From NCBI RefSeq assembly GCF_030684315.1, contig NC_081397.1, positions 13,230,421 to 13,294,420 on the forward strand: a stretch of DNA of 64,000 bases, in the 5' to 3' direction. The notes beneath the pieces are model-generated. The model was not told where the DNA came from, searched no databases, and worked only from the letters and a program-made list of their open reading frames with translations. Position numbers and translations under genes: made by a program. Shown here piece after piece: positions 12,801-23,063 of this stretch. The DNA is from Stegostoma tigrinum. Lineage: Eukaryota. Numbering within the stretch: the first letter of the stretch is position 1; every line of letters begins with the position of its first letter.

Positions 12801-12884
12801 CCACCCAGGACATTGGTCCCCTTCCAGTTCAGATGCAACCCGTCCTTCTTGTACAGGTCCCACCTTCCCCAGAAGGCATCCCAA
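9876..12884 (-). CDS. CR1 ORF2: APE endonuclease + reverse transcriptase (open frame; the listed start is TTG, true entry probably via the ORF1 junction at ~12770)
   Basis: 1002 uninterrupted codons. APE motifs FNARSI, AITETW, GDFNFP and SDH. RT motifs YRPVSL, DFSKAFD, GVPQGSVLGPLLF and FADD. Confidence 0.93.
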   Translation of the reverse strand: MGCLLGKVGPVQEGRVASELEGDQCPGWKVCSSSSRGFKLVWQGGGNLSCIPEVSVDAGEAVARGRPASGKDFPGKEPRDRLKCVCFNARSIRNKSDELRAWISTWCYDVVAITETWVSHGLEWLLDIPGFRTFKKNREGGKRGGGVALLIREGITATEASIVEEDLPTESVWVEIRSSKGVVTSLGVYYRPPNSSREIVESIGRQILEKCGRSRVVVMGDFNFPNIDWNLLRAEDLNGAVFVRCVQEGFLTQYVDRPTRGEAILDLVLGNEPGQVSDLVVGEHFGDSDHNTLSFYIAMEKERIRQNGRIFNWGRGNYDAIRHELGSMDWEQLFHGKGTIDMWRWFKEQLLGVMSKYVPLRQARRGKIKEPWMTRAVELLVQSKKVAYIRWRKLGSSSAREDYMQARKELKNGLRRARRGHEKGLAEGIRENTKAFYTYVRNKRMVKERVGPIRDSIGNLCVEPEEVGEALNEFFASVFTKETTCVVNETFEEQVCMLEWIEIEEADVLKILSNIKIDKSPGPDQICPRLLWEARNAIASPLAKIFASSLSTGVVPEDWKEANVIPLFKKGNREIPGNYRPVSLTSVVCKVLERILRDKIYDHLEEHGLIKYSQHGFVRGRSCLTNLIEFFEDVTSKVDEGQAVDVVYMDFSKAFDKVPHGRLIQKVRRNGIQGNLAAWIQNWLANRRQRVVVEGKYSAWKSVVSGVPQGSVLGPLLFVIFINDLDEGIEGWVSKFADDTKVGGVVDSVEGCCRLQRDIDRMQRWAERWQMEFNLDKCEVMHFGRSNLKAEYRIKDRILGSVEEQRDLGVQIHRSLKMATQVDRVVKKAYGVLAFINRGIEFKSREILLQLYKTLVRPHLEYCVQFWAPYYRKDVDALERVQRRFTRMLPGLEGLSYEERLTELGLFSLEKRRRRGDLIEVYKIMRGIDRVDSQRLFPRAEMASTRGHSFKLVGGKYRGDVRGRFFTQRVVRAWNALPAAVVEARSLGSFKRLLDMHMVTEI

Positions 12885-13663
12885 TTATCAACATATCTGA
12901 AACCCTCCCTCCTACACCAGCTGCGTAGCCACGTGTTCAGCTGCGCCCGCTCCCTGTTCCTCACCTCGCTATCTCGTGGCACCGGTAGTAAACCAGAGAA
13001 CACTACTCTGTTCGTCCTGCTCTGCAGCTTCCATCCTAACTCCCTGAAATCACTTTTTATATCCTCAAACCTATTTCTGGCTATATCATTTGTGCCAATA
13101 TGTAACACGATTTCTGGCTGTTCACCCTCCCCTTTCAGAACTTTATACACCCGATCGGAGACGTCCCGGACCCTGGCACCAGGGAGGCAACATACCTTCC
13201 GGGAATCCCGATCTTGCCCACAAAATCTCCTGTCGATTCCCCTAACTATCGAGTCCCCTACCACGAGTACTTTTCTATTCTGCCCCCTTCCCTTCTTTGC
13301 CACAGTGTCAGGCTCAGTGCCAGAGAACTGACTACTATGGCTTTCCTCTGGTAGGTCAACCCCCCCAGCAGTATCCAAAACGGTATACTTATTGCTGAGG
13401 GGAATGCCCACAGGGGATCTCTGCACTGTCTGTCTGTCCCCTTTCCTCCCCCTAACTGTAACCCATCTATCCTCGTCCTGAGCCTTAGGAGTGACCAACT
13501 CCCGATAACTCCTCTCAATTACCCCCTCTGCCTCCCGAATGATCCGTAGTTCATCCAGCTCCAGCTCCATTTCCCTAACACGGTTTTCAAGGAGCTGTAG
13601 CTGGGTGCACTTCCCGCAGATGTAGCCAGCGGAGACGTGTGCCACATCTCCCAACTGCCACAT
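12764..13663 (-). CDS. CR1 ORF1p: zinc finger/coiled coil + SGNH esterase domain (N-terminus truncated)
   Basis: YICGKC and an acidic coiled coil, then SGNH blocks VVGDSIVRG, LHIGTND and DGLHLN. Ends REGLN*. Confidence 0.9.
   Translation of the reverse strand: MWQLGDVAHVSAGYICGKCTQLQLLENRVREMELELDELRIIREAEGVIERSYRELVTPKAQDEDRWVTVRGRKGDRQTVQRSPVGIPLSNKYTVLDTAGGVDLPEESHSSQFSGTEPDTVAKKGRGQNRKVLVVGDSIVRGIDRRFCGQDRDSRKVCCLPGARVRDVSDRVYKVLKGEGEQPEIVLHIGTNDIARNRFEDIKSDFRELGWKLQSRTNRVVFSGLLPVPRDSEVRNRERAQLNTWLRSWCRREGFRYVDNWDAFWGRWDLYKKDGLHLNWKGTNVLGGRFARVVREGLN
12767..12776 (-). promoter_or_regulatory. Candidate -1 ribosomal frameshift site (tandem slippery heptamers G_GGU_UUA and U_UUA_AAC)
   Basis: ORF1 ends GAG GGT TTA AAC TAG. 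The -1 frame reads TTT AAA CTA GTA TGG (FKLVW) and is the ORF2 frame. Confidence 0.6.
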
Positions 13664-14253
13664 TTTGCAGGTTTTCTTTGATGTTCAAGTATCTGCTCCA
13701 CAACACAAATCAGATTTTACTTGTTGCCAAATGTGTAAAGTGCTAGAAATGAAACTGTTAGAGCTTTTAGCATTGAATGTCTCTGGCAGAGTGCCTGAGG
13801 GCTGAGGATATTCCACAATATTCAGGCTGTGGTACAGTTGAAATTTTATTCTGGGATTGGTCACTGTCTTGTCTAAATGTGCTCAGAGTTTAATATTCAT
13901 TTTCTTTGAAAGTTCACCATACAATATCCTCTTCAATTTATTGGAACAGTTCATGAGAATTCTGCTAGAAAAGTCAACAGCTTTTTTTTCTCTGATGGAG
14001 CGACCAAATGATATTTAGTTTATGATCACAGCAATTACCATGGATTTAAATGCATGGGAATTGGACTCCTTAGCTCAAATTCTGTTCTGTTTATCTCTTA
14101 TCATGAAAAGCTAGCTCTCTGATCTGAAATCCATGACAAGAAATCATTTTGAATGTTACATGTTCTGAGGCTTGCAGTGTATGTGATTTTCATGGCTGTT
14201 ACATGTTGTAGCACGTGTTGGGATTGTGCAGGTATTTGCAACTCATTGTAAAT

Positions 14254-14255
<2 letters not shown>

Positions 14256-14288
<33 letters not shown>
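14256..14288. repeat. (TG)n microsatellite
   Basis: About 16 TG units. Confidence 0.95.
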
Positions 14289-14289
<1 letters not shown>

Positions 14290-15124
14290 TGAGAGTGTGT
14301 TGTTTATGTTCATGCGAGCACGAGATTGTGACAGCGAAAAATCACGTGCACTCAGTAGCATTCTCTGTCAGGTGTTGGCACAGGACATGGGCATTTAAAA
14401 GTCATGTTACTTAATTGTTCTGTCTCTGCCTGGGACACGTGTTGGGCAAACGATCAAGACTGTCCCTGCTCAGTTACTGATGTGAATGTTTCCACCCATA
14501 TCTGTACTCATTACCTACCTCACATATGGTTGGTGTAACTATGCAATGGCATGAACTAATTATTCACCTTAACAAGGTGCACTAAGTATTCCTTTTGTGA
14601 TACAGGAAAGCCTCCGGAGACTAATTAATATCTCCATATGAAGCTTTTTCCCTAATGCTTTTAGTGATCTTTGTATTTTATTAAGTACATATATTTCGAG
14701 ATTTCAACATAATTATATGAAGAATCTTTAAATAAAAGTATTTCTTAATACCATGAATAATTTCAAAGAAACAACGAATTGCTTCATATGTTTTTTTTCT
14801 GCAGTTTTTATGAAATTCTAGGCTGACTGTCATCTGGGATCATTCACGTCACTTTCCCGAACTGACTCTGTTCACCTAAAGGGACAACTTCCATTCATTA
14901 ATGAGATTGGAATTAATTATAACTGTAATTGAATGAACGTGTTTGATCCTCTGGTACTTATGTGAGCCATAATCCCATTAGTTCATCTGTTTGTTATTGC
15001 AGGAGTTTACCGTCCCCTTCAATGTTTGTTCCAAATCTTCAAACAGTCTCGCACAAACCTTCTTGCAGTTGTTTATGCAAATGCTCCCTTTTGTGTCAGA
15101 ATAACATCTTCTCTTCTAATAGTA

Positions 15125-15495
15125 ACACCTCTAATTTTTTATTCATTCACAGCATGATGGTGTTGCTGACTCGGCTTGCATTTATTGCCTGCACCTAATT
15201 GCCCAGAGAGCAGTTCAGAGTCAACCTCATTGCTGTGGGTCTGGAGTCACACGTAGGCCAGACCAGGTAAGCATGCCAGTTTCCTTCGCTCAAGGACACA
15301 AGTGAGCCAGATGGATTCTTTTTCCTGACAACAGACAATGGATTCATTGTCATCATTACATTCTTAATTCCAGATGTTTTTTTAATTCAAATTCCACCAT
15401 CTGCTGTGGCAGTGATTGAAGCCATGTCCCCAGAATGTTGTCTGGTCTCTGCATTAACAGTCCAGTGATACGACCACTAAGTCAATGCCTCCCAG
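15125..15495 (-). mobile_element. tRNA-derived SINE (decayed)
   Basis: Minus strand begins gggaggcattgacttagtggtcgtatcactggactg (tRNA-like A box). The core cattgctgtgggtctggagtcacacgtaggccagac recurs at 56625-56660. Confidence 0.6.
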
Positions 15496-15994
15496 ATCTG
15501 GTGGCCTTTGTTCAGAACTGAGGAAGCATACCAGGCCTGAAACGTTAACTCTGATTTCTCATCACAGATGCTGCCAGACCTGCTGTGCTTTTCCAGAATC
15601 TTCTGTTTATTAATTGTCTTCCTTAGTCACTGATAACATCTAAAGTTTCCTTCCATGTCTGTACCCAATATCCACTCCATACATGGTTATATTGTAACAG
15701 TGACAACTTGATCTATTTATATACCTTGACTGTAACTTTAAAAATGCCCTTCCTCACCAAGCATTCAATGCAGTTAGTGAGCATATATTTGTGATGAAGA
15801 TTCAATTAATCCCTCTTCAAATGCTAAAAATGGCAATGGGCTTTCAAAGACGAACTTTACTGGAATTGCACTGGGTTTTGTTGATGTTGTTTGGCCCTTG
15901 GATTGAATGTAGATATCTGGAATTTGAGTTCAATGCAAGTCTTACCCCTATGACTGTGGAAAGTAAATTCTCCACTCTGACAGTGCTAACATAC

Positions 15995-16073
15995 CTGCTG
16001 TTTGGTTGGAGCAGCTGGTCACACATGCTGTACCAAGTAAATATGAAATTGCCTTGGCCCATCAAGTATTTGC
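15995..16073 (-). other. Candidate exon 2 (79 nt) of spliced unit A
   Basis: Minus strand: ttctgttcttcctccAG|GCAAATACTTG...AAACAGCAG|GTatgt. Confidence 0.55.
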
Positions 16074-16386
16074 CTGGAGGAAGAACAGAATTCTCCTGTA
16101 AATCAACATCCAACGAGTTTGCAAATATTAAAACTGATCAAGGCAAAATTGAATTAATACTCATAACACTTCGTTGTTTTAAAGCCAACAATTCAAACAG
16201 AGAAGAGGCTGGCTCCATAATTTACCTGAGCTCCTACTCGTCTCTTTCTTTACGCGAAATTCTGAAACAATTTATTAAGATGCAATGAATTGAATGCTTA
16301 CACAGTTCAATACCCAGCTCCCAATACACTACCCATTTAAAGGAAGGACAACAGACACTATTTAAAACGAAACACACTACGAGTGC

Positions 16387-17091
16387 AGGTGCAGAACACC
16401 TCCGCTCAGTTCGCAACAAACAACTGCACCTCCCAGTCGCAAACCATTTCCACTCCCCCTCCCATTCTCTTGATGACATGTCCATCATGGGCCTCCTGCA
16501 CTGCCACAATGATGCCACCCGAAGGTTGCAGGAACAGCAACTCATATTCCGCCTGGGAACCCTGAAGCCATATGGTATCAATGTGGACTTCACCAGTTTC
16601 AAAATCTCCCCTTCCCCCACTGCATCCCTAAACCAGCCCAGTTCATCCCCTCCCCCCACTGCACCACACAACCAGCCCAGCTCTTCCCCCCCACCCACTG
16701 CATCCCAAAACCAGTCCAACCTGTCTCTGCCTCCCTAACCGGTTCTTCCTCTCACCCATCCCTTCCTCCCACCCCAAGCCGCACCCCCAGCTACCTACGA
16801 ACCTCATCCCACCTCCTTGACCTGTCCGTCTTCCCTGGACTGACCTATCCCCTCCCTACCTCCCCACCTACACCCTCTCCACCTATCTTCTTTACTCTCC
16901 ATCTTCGGTCCGCCTCCCCCTCTCTCCCTATTTATTCCAGTTCCCTCCCCCCATCCCCCTCTGTGATGAAGGGTCTAGGCCCGAAACGTCAGCTTTTGTG
17001 CTCCTGAGATGCTGCTTGGCCTGCTGTGTTCATCCAGCCTCACATTTTATTATCTTGGAATCTCCAGCATCTGCAGTTCCCATTATCTCTC
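16387..17091 (+). mobile_element. 5'-truncated Penelope-like element (same family as 6739-8632)
   Basis: C-terminal GIY-YIG sequence (AEHLRSVRNKQLHLPVANHF...) followed by the pLTR. 15-bp TSD ACACACTACGAGTGC at 16372-16386 and 17092-17106. Hammerhead core mutated (GTGATGA at 16963). Confidence 0.9.
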
Positions 17092-17463
17092 ACACACTAC
17101 GAGTGCTGCGTTTATCCTTTACATGATTAACACATTTGTCTGTACTGTGACTTCTTTACGATTCAATGCCAATTCGCAACAAACAACGTGAAACAGAAGC
17201 TAAACGAGGAATTACCATCAGCGTTCGGAGAATTAAATATCACAAGCCTGACCCCCAGCAGCAGCTTCTTGCCGCTGTGTCTCCCTCCGCAGGACCACAC
17301 ACAGCCCGAGAAAGGCCTCTCTCTCCCCGCCCTCAGGCCGCTCACTCCAAGTTCCGGGACCAGTTCCTGCTCCGCTCGGCCTCTTACCTACAGTCCCCGG
17401 TTCTCCCTGAACTGAGCCCGAATCAATGCCGGTCTCGGAGCCCCCTCTGTGTCCCAGACTCAC

Positions 17464-17527
17464 ATCTCGATGCGCTGCTGGAAGGAGCCTGCTGTTCCCT
17501 CGCTTCCCTGGGCGCTGGTCTCTCCAT
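17464..17527 (-). CDS. Candidate first coding segment of unannotated spliced gene, copy A (MERPAPREAREQQAPSSSASR+1 nt)
   Basis: Kozak GCCGCGATGG, then 64 nt, then GTGAGT donor. Identical in three copies. Coding status unproven. Confidence 0.4.
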
Positions 17528-17554
17528 CGCGGCCTGTTTCAAACAAACCGCTTC

Positions 17555-17690
17555 CACTCACTGAGTCAATGCTCCTCAATGGCAGCGCTGGGGGAAGGCC
17601 TCACGCATGCGCTCCTCCAGTCACAACATGCCTCTTTTTTGGTTGTTTTGGGGCGGGGGAGTGAAAAATTATCGCGCATGCGCTGCTTTT
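17555..17690 (-). promoter_or_regulatory. CpG-island promoter A: two NRF1-type motifs, GC box, AP-1 site
   Basis: ACGCATGCGC 17603-17612, GCGCATGCGC 17674-17683, GGGGCGGGG ~17650-17658, TGAGTCA 17562-17568. Confidence 0.6.
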
Positions 17691-17727
17691 CACAAAGATT
17701 CCCATAAACAAACATCAATTGGTCATT

Positions 17728-17941
17728 GACAGTAGGAACTGCAGATGCTGGAGAATCTGAGACAATAAGGTTAGAGCTGGATAAACACGGCAGGCCCAGC
17801 AGCGTCAGAAGATCAGGGAGGCTGACCTTTCGATCCTCGGCCCTTCTTCAGAAAAGACTCCCGGCCCGAAACATCCTCCTTCCTGCTCCTCTGATGCTGC
17901 TGGGCCTGCTGTGTCCATCCAGCTCCAAACCTTGTTATCCA
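17728..17941. mobile_element. Short hairpin element derived from PLE terminal repeats
   Basis: ggaactgcagatgctggagaatc... followed by its inverted copy ...ctgctgtgtccatccagctc. Absent in paralog B at ~46420. Confidence 0.65.
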
Positions 17942-19149
17942 ATGGTCTTTTCCGTAATTCCCTTTACTCCCAGTGTGAGCAAAGCAAGTGGGGCTGTTGG
18001 GGAAAGGGCAGGGAACGTTTCAAGCTGGGGCTTTGGCTCTTTCTGAACCTTCAATGGAGATTATTCCGGATCATGTTAATAACTGCCTCCCTCCGGCTCT
18101 CTTACAATCTGATGGGGAAGCACTGATGCTGACGGCCATTCCATTCATTTAATGCGCTTCACCATTCTATAACATCACGTCGGATCTCATGTCAACTGCA
18201 GTTTTCATTCCTGCTGACCTTCGCCTCATTTTAACTCTGTCAAACTAACATACAGAGCGATGGAATAAATGGGACATTTGAAGGAAGGCAGAATACAACT
18301 GTTGGATGGAGTCTTGCGGCGCAGGGGTAATGTCACCATTTATGGGTCAGGTGGACCCTGCTGAAGTTACACACGAACGAAAGTTTTTCAATATCATATC
18401 TGAATGCCTCCAGATGCAAATACCAGTTTCGAATAGATGACTGATTTTGTATGCTGCAGACAGAAACCTTCTGATGAAAGGGATACCTCAACCACAGACC
18501 CTAAATGTTCTTGTTTACTCACTCCTGGGACGTGGATGTCGCTGGCTGGGCCGAAATTGTTTGCCCGTCCCGAGTCGCCCCCCGCGCCACCCCCCCGCCC
18601 CGAGAAGGTGCTGCCGAGCCGCCTTCCAGAACAATTGTCGTCCGTGTACTGCTCACATTGCCGTTAGTAGGGAGTTCCAGGGTCTTGATCCAACGACAGT
18701 GAAGCAAAGGGGATATATTTCTAAGTTAGTATAGTGGGTGGCTTGGAGGAGAACTTGCCCTCGATCTTGCCCAGTGTTCCTAAACATCAGCCGCCCAAAT
18801 TCTTTATACTGATGTATTCGTGAGTATGGAAGGTGCTCTTTTTACAGTTTACAAAACTGTCTTTTCAGAGGGCAATTTAACACCGTTTTTGATCCACGGT
18901 GGAGGCGTACAAATGGAGAAGAAAATGAACTTGAAAGAAAATAAAAGTCCCTGAACTTGGGGAACATTTCAAAATCTGGAATGAAGGAACAAACAAATGC
19001 ATTGATTATGAATGAGAAAATGAGGAAAAGTTTTTTACAATTGCAGAAATCTTTAAAAAAATAACTGTTAATGTCTTGATAAATATGTAAAAGGAGAATG
19101 GAAATAAATCTAGGTTGGTAAACACAAATGCACATCACTTACAATCAAA

Positions 19150-21320
19150 AAGAGGGGAGTCCATTGTGAGGAATAAAAAAAATGGCTATCCAACTGACTA
19201 CTTACTGTTGTTCTATGTTCACACAGGGTGACACACATAACACGTCAGGAATGTTGTGGAAAACAGAGTTTAGTGAGAGGGAGACTCTGAATCAAGCCAG
19301 TATTATTCAGTAAATTGTGTTGGGAAAATTGGTAGTACTGAAGGCTTGGAAGTACCGGGGACTGATAACTTATGTGCCAGAGCTCTTAGTGGCCATATTG
19401 GTGATGATGTTCCAAACCTTCATAGGTGCTACAATAATTTCCAAAGATTGGAGGGTAGCTAATGTCAACAATCTATTTGTAAAGGGAGTGTTGAGGTAAA
19501 ACTTGTAATTTTAGACCATTCAGCCTGCAGGAAAAAAATGCAGATAATTGGAATGAAATGTCAGGATCAGACAGAGTCAGCATGGATTTGAAAGAACTGT
19601 TCCTCTGCTGTACTATTCAATGTTCCCAGCCTGATTAATCTACTGGATTAGGGATGTTAAAGCAGAGCTGTTCATTTTAATTTACCAAAAAGCTTTTTTA
19701 ACAAAATCCCACAAAAGATGTTATCGTGTTAACACCAAGGAACTGTGATTGGTGCAAAGCATTCAGAATGATTCAAAAAAAACTCTAGCTGGATAACAAG
19801 AGATATGGAGAGGGAAGAAATGATTTTTTTTTTCCTCAATGACAAGAATCAGTTTTAGGATCAAACGTCTTCACAACATGTTCACAGTAATTTAGATATT
19901 TGTAACAAGACCCGGGTGTCTCCTACGCTAATCACTGAAAGTAAGCATGCAGATGCACCAGGCAATGAGGAAGGCGAGAGGTATGTTGGCCTTTGTGGAA
20001 AGTGAATTTGAGTACAGGAGAAACAGTGAATTGTGACAATTTATCAGGGCATCTGTGAGGCAACACATAGAATACTGAGAGCAGATTTGGCCTCCTTACT
20101 GAGGAAGGATGGTGTTGCTGTGAAGGTAATTTTAACAGGCAGATTGCTGGGATGGAAGGAGAGGTTGAATTAGTTGTGAATATATGTGCTGAAAGTTAGA
20201 AGAATGAGGGATTCTCTTAGAAATCTGTAAGACACTGTCAGACCGAGAAAGTGTAAATGCAGAAAAATATTCCTGTTGGTAGGAGTCATATTTTTAGGAG
20301 AAAGGATAACCCTTTCATGACTGAGAAGCCGAGAGTCTACTTAATTCAGAAAGTGGTGATCTTGTGAAATTCCCTGCCACAGAAATCAGCCACGTTCAAC
20401 ACATTGTATGAGTTCAGTATGGTGCAGGTGTAGCACTTGTGGCCAAAGGGAAGCAAGGTATAATTGGCTGAATGGCAAGTGACAGAGAGTGAAGATGGAG
20501 GGTTGTTTTTTCGACTGTAGGCCTGTCATCCAGAGGTGTTCCCCAGGGATTGGGACTGAGTCCTCTTTCGCTTGTCATTATATAAATGATATGAATGAGA
20601 AGAGAGAAGTCATGGCAAACACGTTTGTAGATGATAACAAACTCAGCAGCATAGTATTCAGAGGAGAATGAGTCCTAAGATATCAAATGGATCTCGATCC
20701 TTTACCTCGATGGGCTGCAAAATGACAGATAGAATTCAATCTGGATGAATGCAACATTTTGCATTTTGGAGCAACTTACAGAAGTAGGCCTTGAATGATT
20801 AATGGTAGGTCCTTGGTAGTGTTGTAGGACCTATCCTGTTGAAGTCTGCATCACTTCTAAATGGGTTGTTTATGAAGGCATGCTTACCTTCATTGCACAG
20901 TCCTTTGAGATTATGAGGTGGGTAGTCACATTGAGGTTGAGAGGTCACCTTATAGAAGTGTTTAAAATAATGAGGGGATGAGACAGTGTTGACTGACGTT
21001 GTTCTTTTCCTGAGTTGTGGGTGGCGGCTGGGGAGGAATTGAAGACTAGGGCGAACATTTTTCATGTGACGGGAGAGAAATTTTTAAAAAGACACTTGCG
21101 TTTTGTTTTTGAACAGAGCATGGGCGCATGTGGAATGAAGCTCCTGACGAAATCGTCTCTATGCCTACAACTATAACATTAAAACGACATTTGGATAAGT
21201 ACATAAATAAGAAAGGAAATAGGCCAAGGACAGATCGGTGGAATTAGTTCAGTCTGGCATTATATTCGCCATGTTATGGTCGGACTGAAGGTTATGCATC
21301 CTTGTTGAATGTCTCCATGT
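19150..21320 (+). mobile_element. Old CR1 LINE fragments (two or more)
   Basis: Degraded ORF2 motifs DWRVANV..LF.KG (19317-19499) and WRPV..GVPQG-like / FVDD (20489-20671). CR1 3' UTR-like end near 21320. Confidence 0.7.
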
Positions 21321-21396
21321 GAGAGAAAAACGGGCACAGGCTATTGAGTTGGATGATCTGCCATTCTCATGATGAGTTGGAGGGGAGGTTTGAAGG

Positions 21397-21496
21397 AGCT
21401 GTCTGATGAAGGGTCTAGGCCCGAAACGTCAGCTTTTGTGCTGCTGAGATGCTGCTTGGCCTGCTGTGTTCATCCAGCTTCACAATTTGTTATCTT
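21397..21496 (+). mobile_element. 100-bp solo hammerhead/pLTR insertion
   Basis: Intact core at 21403-21432. 10-bp TSD GGTTTGAAGG at 21387-21396 and 21497-21506. Empty paralogous site at 47985-47994. Confidence 0.85.
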
Positions 21497-22229
21497 GGTT
21501 TGAAGGGCTGATTGGTTAGGTCCAGTTGACATTATTTATGTTTCTATTTCTGTTTATTCCCAGAACCGATGTTGAGTATTGTCAGCGAAATTAAAAATAC
21601 TGATCTGGGTGATCAATATAAGTTCAAACCAGATGATTGACTTTTGGAGCTGAATCTGGAGAAGAGCGAATCTCCGGCGCACAGTCCTCAGAGAGTTTAA
21701 CACTTACTGAGGAGAAAAACTGCAACTAACTCCCTGGATGTCGGAGCAAAAGCTGAAAGGAAAAGAAAATATATCCTTCCACATTTACATTTGGCGATAT
21801 TTCTGGCATGTGACTGTGTGGATGTGAATATTGAATCAGAGAGACAGTGCGAAAAGGGCGGGCGGGTTAGGCACACGTAACTGTGCTTGTCTGTCCGCTC
21901 ATATCATGATATTTCCGAATTTCTCTTAATCAGATCGAAAATAATTTCAATTCAAGTTATCCTCCTGCTCCCCCACTAAACCCCAAAGCTAGAATTCAAA
22001 GCTGTGTAATTGTTAATTTTAAGATTTCAGTCTGAAAGTGATGATAATGCCAGCGTTCAGCTCAGAGAGCGCGATGAGTGCAGCAGCAAAATGCGTTTAA
22101 CTCGAGAACGGAGCCGTCAATTCGAGTGAAAACGCTTCGGCCGCAAACCTTCCCGTGTCAGGGTCAGGAACGATCGAGCCTGGCTCTCTGGAGATGCGGA
22201 ATTGCAGAGGAATTGGAGAGTTTCTGCCG

Positions 22230-22310
22230 AGAGAGAAACACAGACAGGCAGCAGGAGCAGGGAGCTGAGGGCAGGTTGTCTCCGCGCCGTCCGCTCGCTG
22301 CCTTTAAGTT
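22230..22310 (+). promoter_or_regulatory. Histone H1 promoter (H1 AC box, GC-rich element, TATA-like TTTAAG)
   Basis: AAACACA at 22236-22242, GAGGGCAGG, and CTTTAAG at ~22302-22308. Confidence 0.6.
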
Positions 22311-22388
22311 GCTCAGTGCCGCCACCAGCAGCTTCATTGCTGACCCAGTTCAGTTTGACAGAGAGAGATTCAGCGCAGAGTTCCCGAC

Positions 22389-23027
22389 ATGAGCGACAGT
22401 ACAGCCGCCGAAACGGCTCCTCCAGCCTCCGCTAGCACCAAACCCAAGTCTCCCAAGAAGAAGAAGGCGGCGGCTTCCAGGAAGAAACCAGCCGGTCCCG
22501 GGTTGGGCGAGCGGATTGTGAAGATTGTCGGGGAGAACAGCGATCGGAAGGGGACGTCTCTGGTCGCTATAAAGAAGGCGCTGCAGAGAAGCGGGGTCAA
22601 TGTGGAGAAGCAAAATGCACAGATCAGGATGGCTGCCAAGAGGTGCCTGGCGAAAGGCTCCCTGGTTCTGGTGAAGGGCCAGGGCGTCTCCGGCTCCTTC
22701 AAACTCGCAAAGAATCCAGTCAAGGCAAAAGTGGGAAAGAGGGCGAGACCAGCAGCAGCCGCCAAGAAAGCAGCCGTGAAGAAAACAACGAGCAAGAAGG
22801 TGGCAGCGAAAAAATCCCCAGCCAAGAAAGCAACAGGCAAGAAAGCGGGCGGCAAGAAGGCAGCAACGCCAAAGAAAGCGGCGAAGAAAGCAGCGCCGAA
22901 GAAAAAGACTCCCGTGAAGAAGGTGATAAAGACCAAGAGCCCCAAGGCCGCAAAGCCGGCCCCGAAATCGAGGAAACCGAAGGCCAAGCCCAAAGCGAAA
23001 GTGACCAAGAAAGCAGCAAAGAAATGA
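22389..23027 (+). CDS. H1: Linker histone H1 (212 aa)
   Basis: Winged-helix globular domain ...DRKGTSLVAIKKAL...KGQGVSGSFKL and a K/A/P-rich tail. Intronless, with a 3' stem-loop. Confidence 0.97.
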   Translation: MSDSTAAETAPPASASTKPKSPKKKKAAASRKKPAGPGLGERIVKIVGENSDRKGTSLVAIKKALQRSGVNVEKQNAQIRMAAKRCLAKGSLVLVKGQGVSGSFKLAKNPVKAKVGKRARPAAAAKKAAVKKTTSKKVAAKKSPAKKATGKKAGGKKAATPKKAAKKAAPKKKTPVKKVIKTKSPKAAKPAPKSRKPKAKPKAKVTKKAAKK

Positions 23028-23063
23028 AGCAGTCCGTGCAACGTGTAACGACCTGAACCCAAA

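Larger units (their letters stand above)
9787..13671 (-). mobile_element. Near full-length young CR1 LINE (5' truncated inside the ORF1 zinc finger)
   Basis: Two open ORFs, a short 3' UTR and a (TTCTATG)n tail, seen as agaacatagaacatagaaca at ~9789-9808. Homology stops at ...TGC AAA ATG TGG (CKMW). Confidence 0.95.

Noticed and set aside
17166-17564. Plus-strand 120-160-aa ORFs over the repeated CpG modules (also 45905-46632 and 50288-50767)
   Set aside because: Starts, lengths and frames differ between copies. The promoter, Kozak and donor signals point to the opposite strand.
18315-18380. tRNA-like sequence (also ~46790-46860)
   Set aside because: No complete cloverleaf or B box; best explained as a decayed SINE head.
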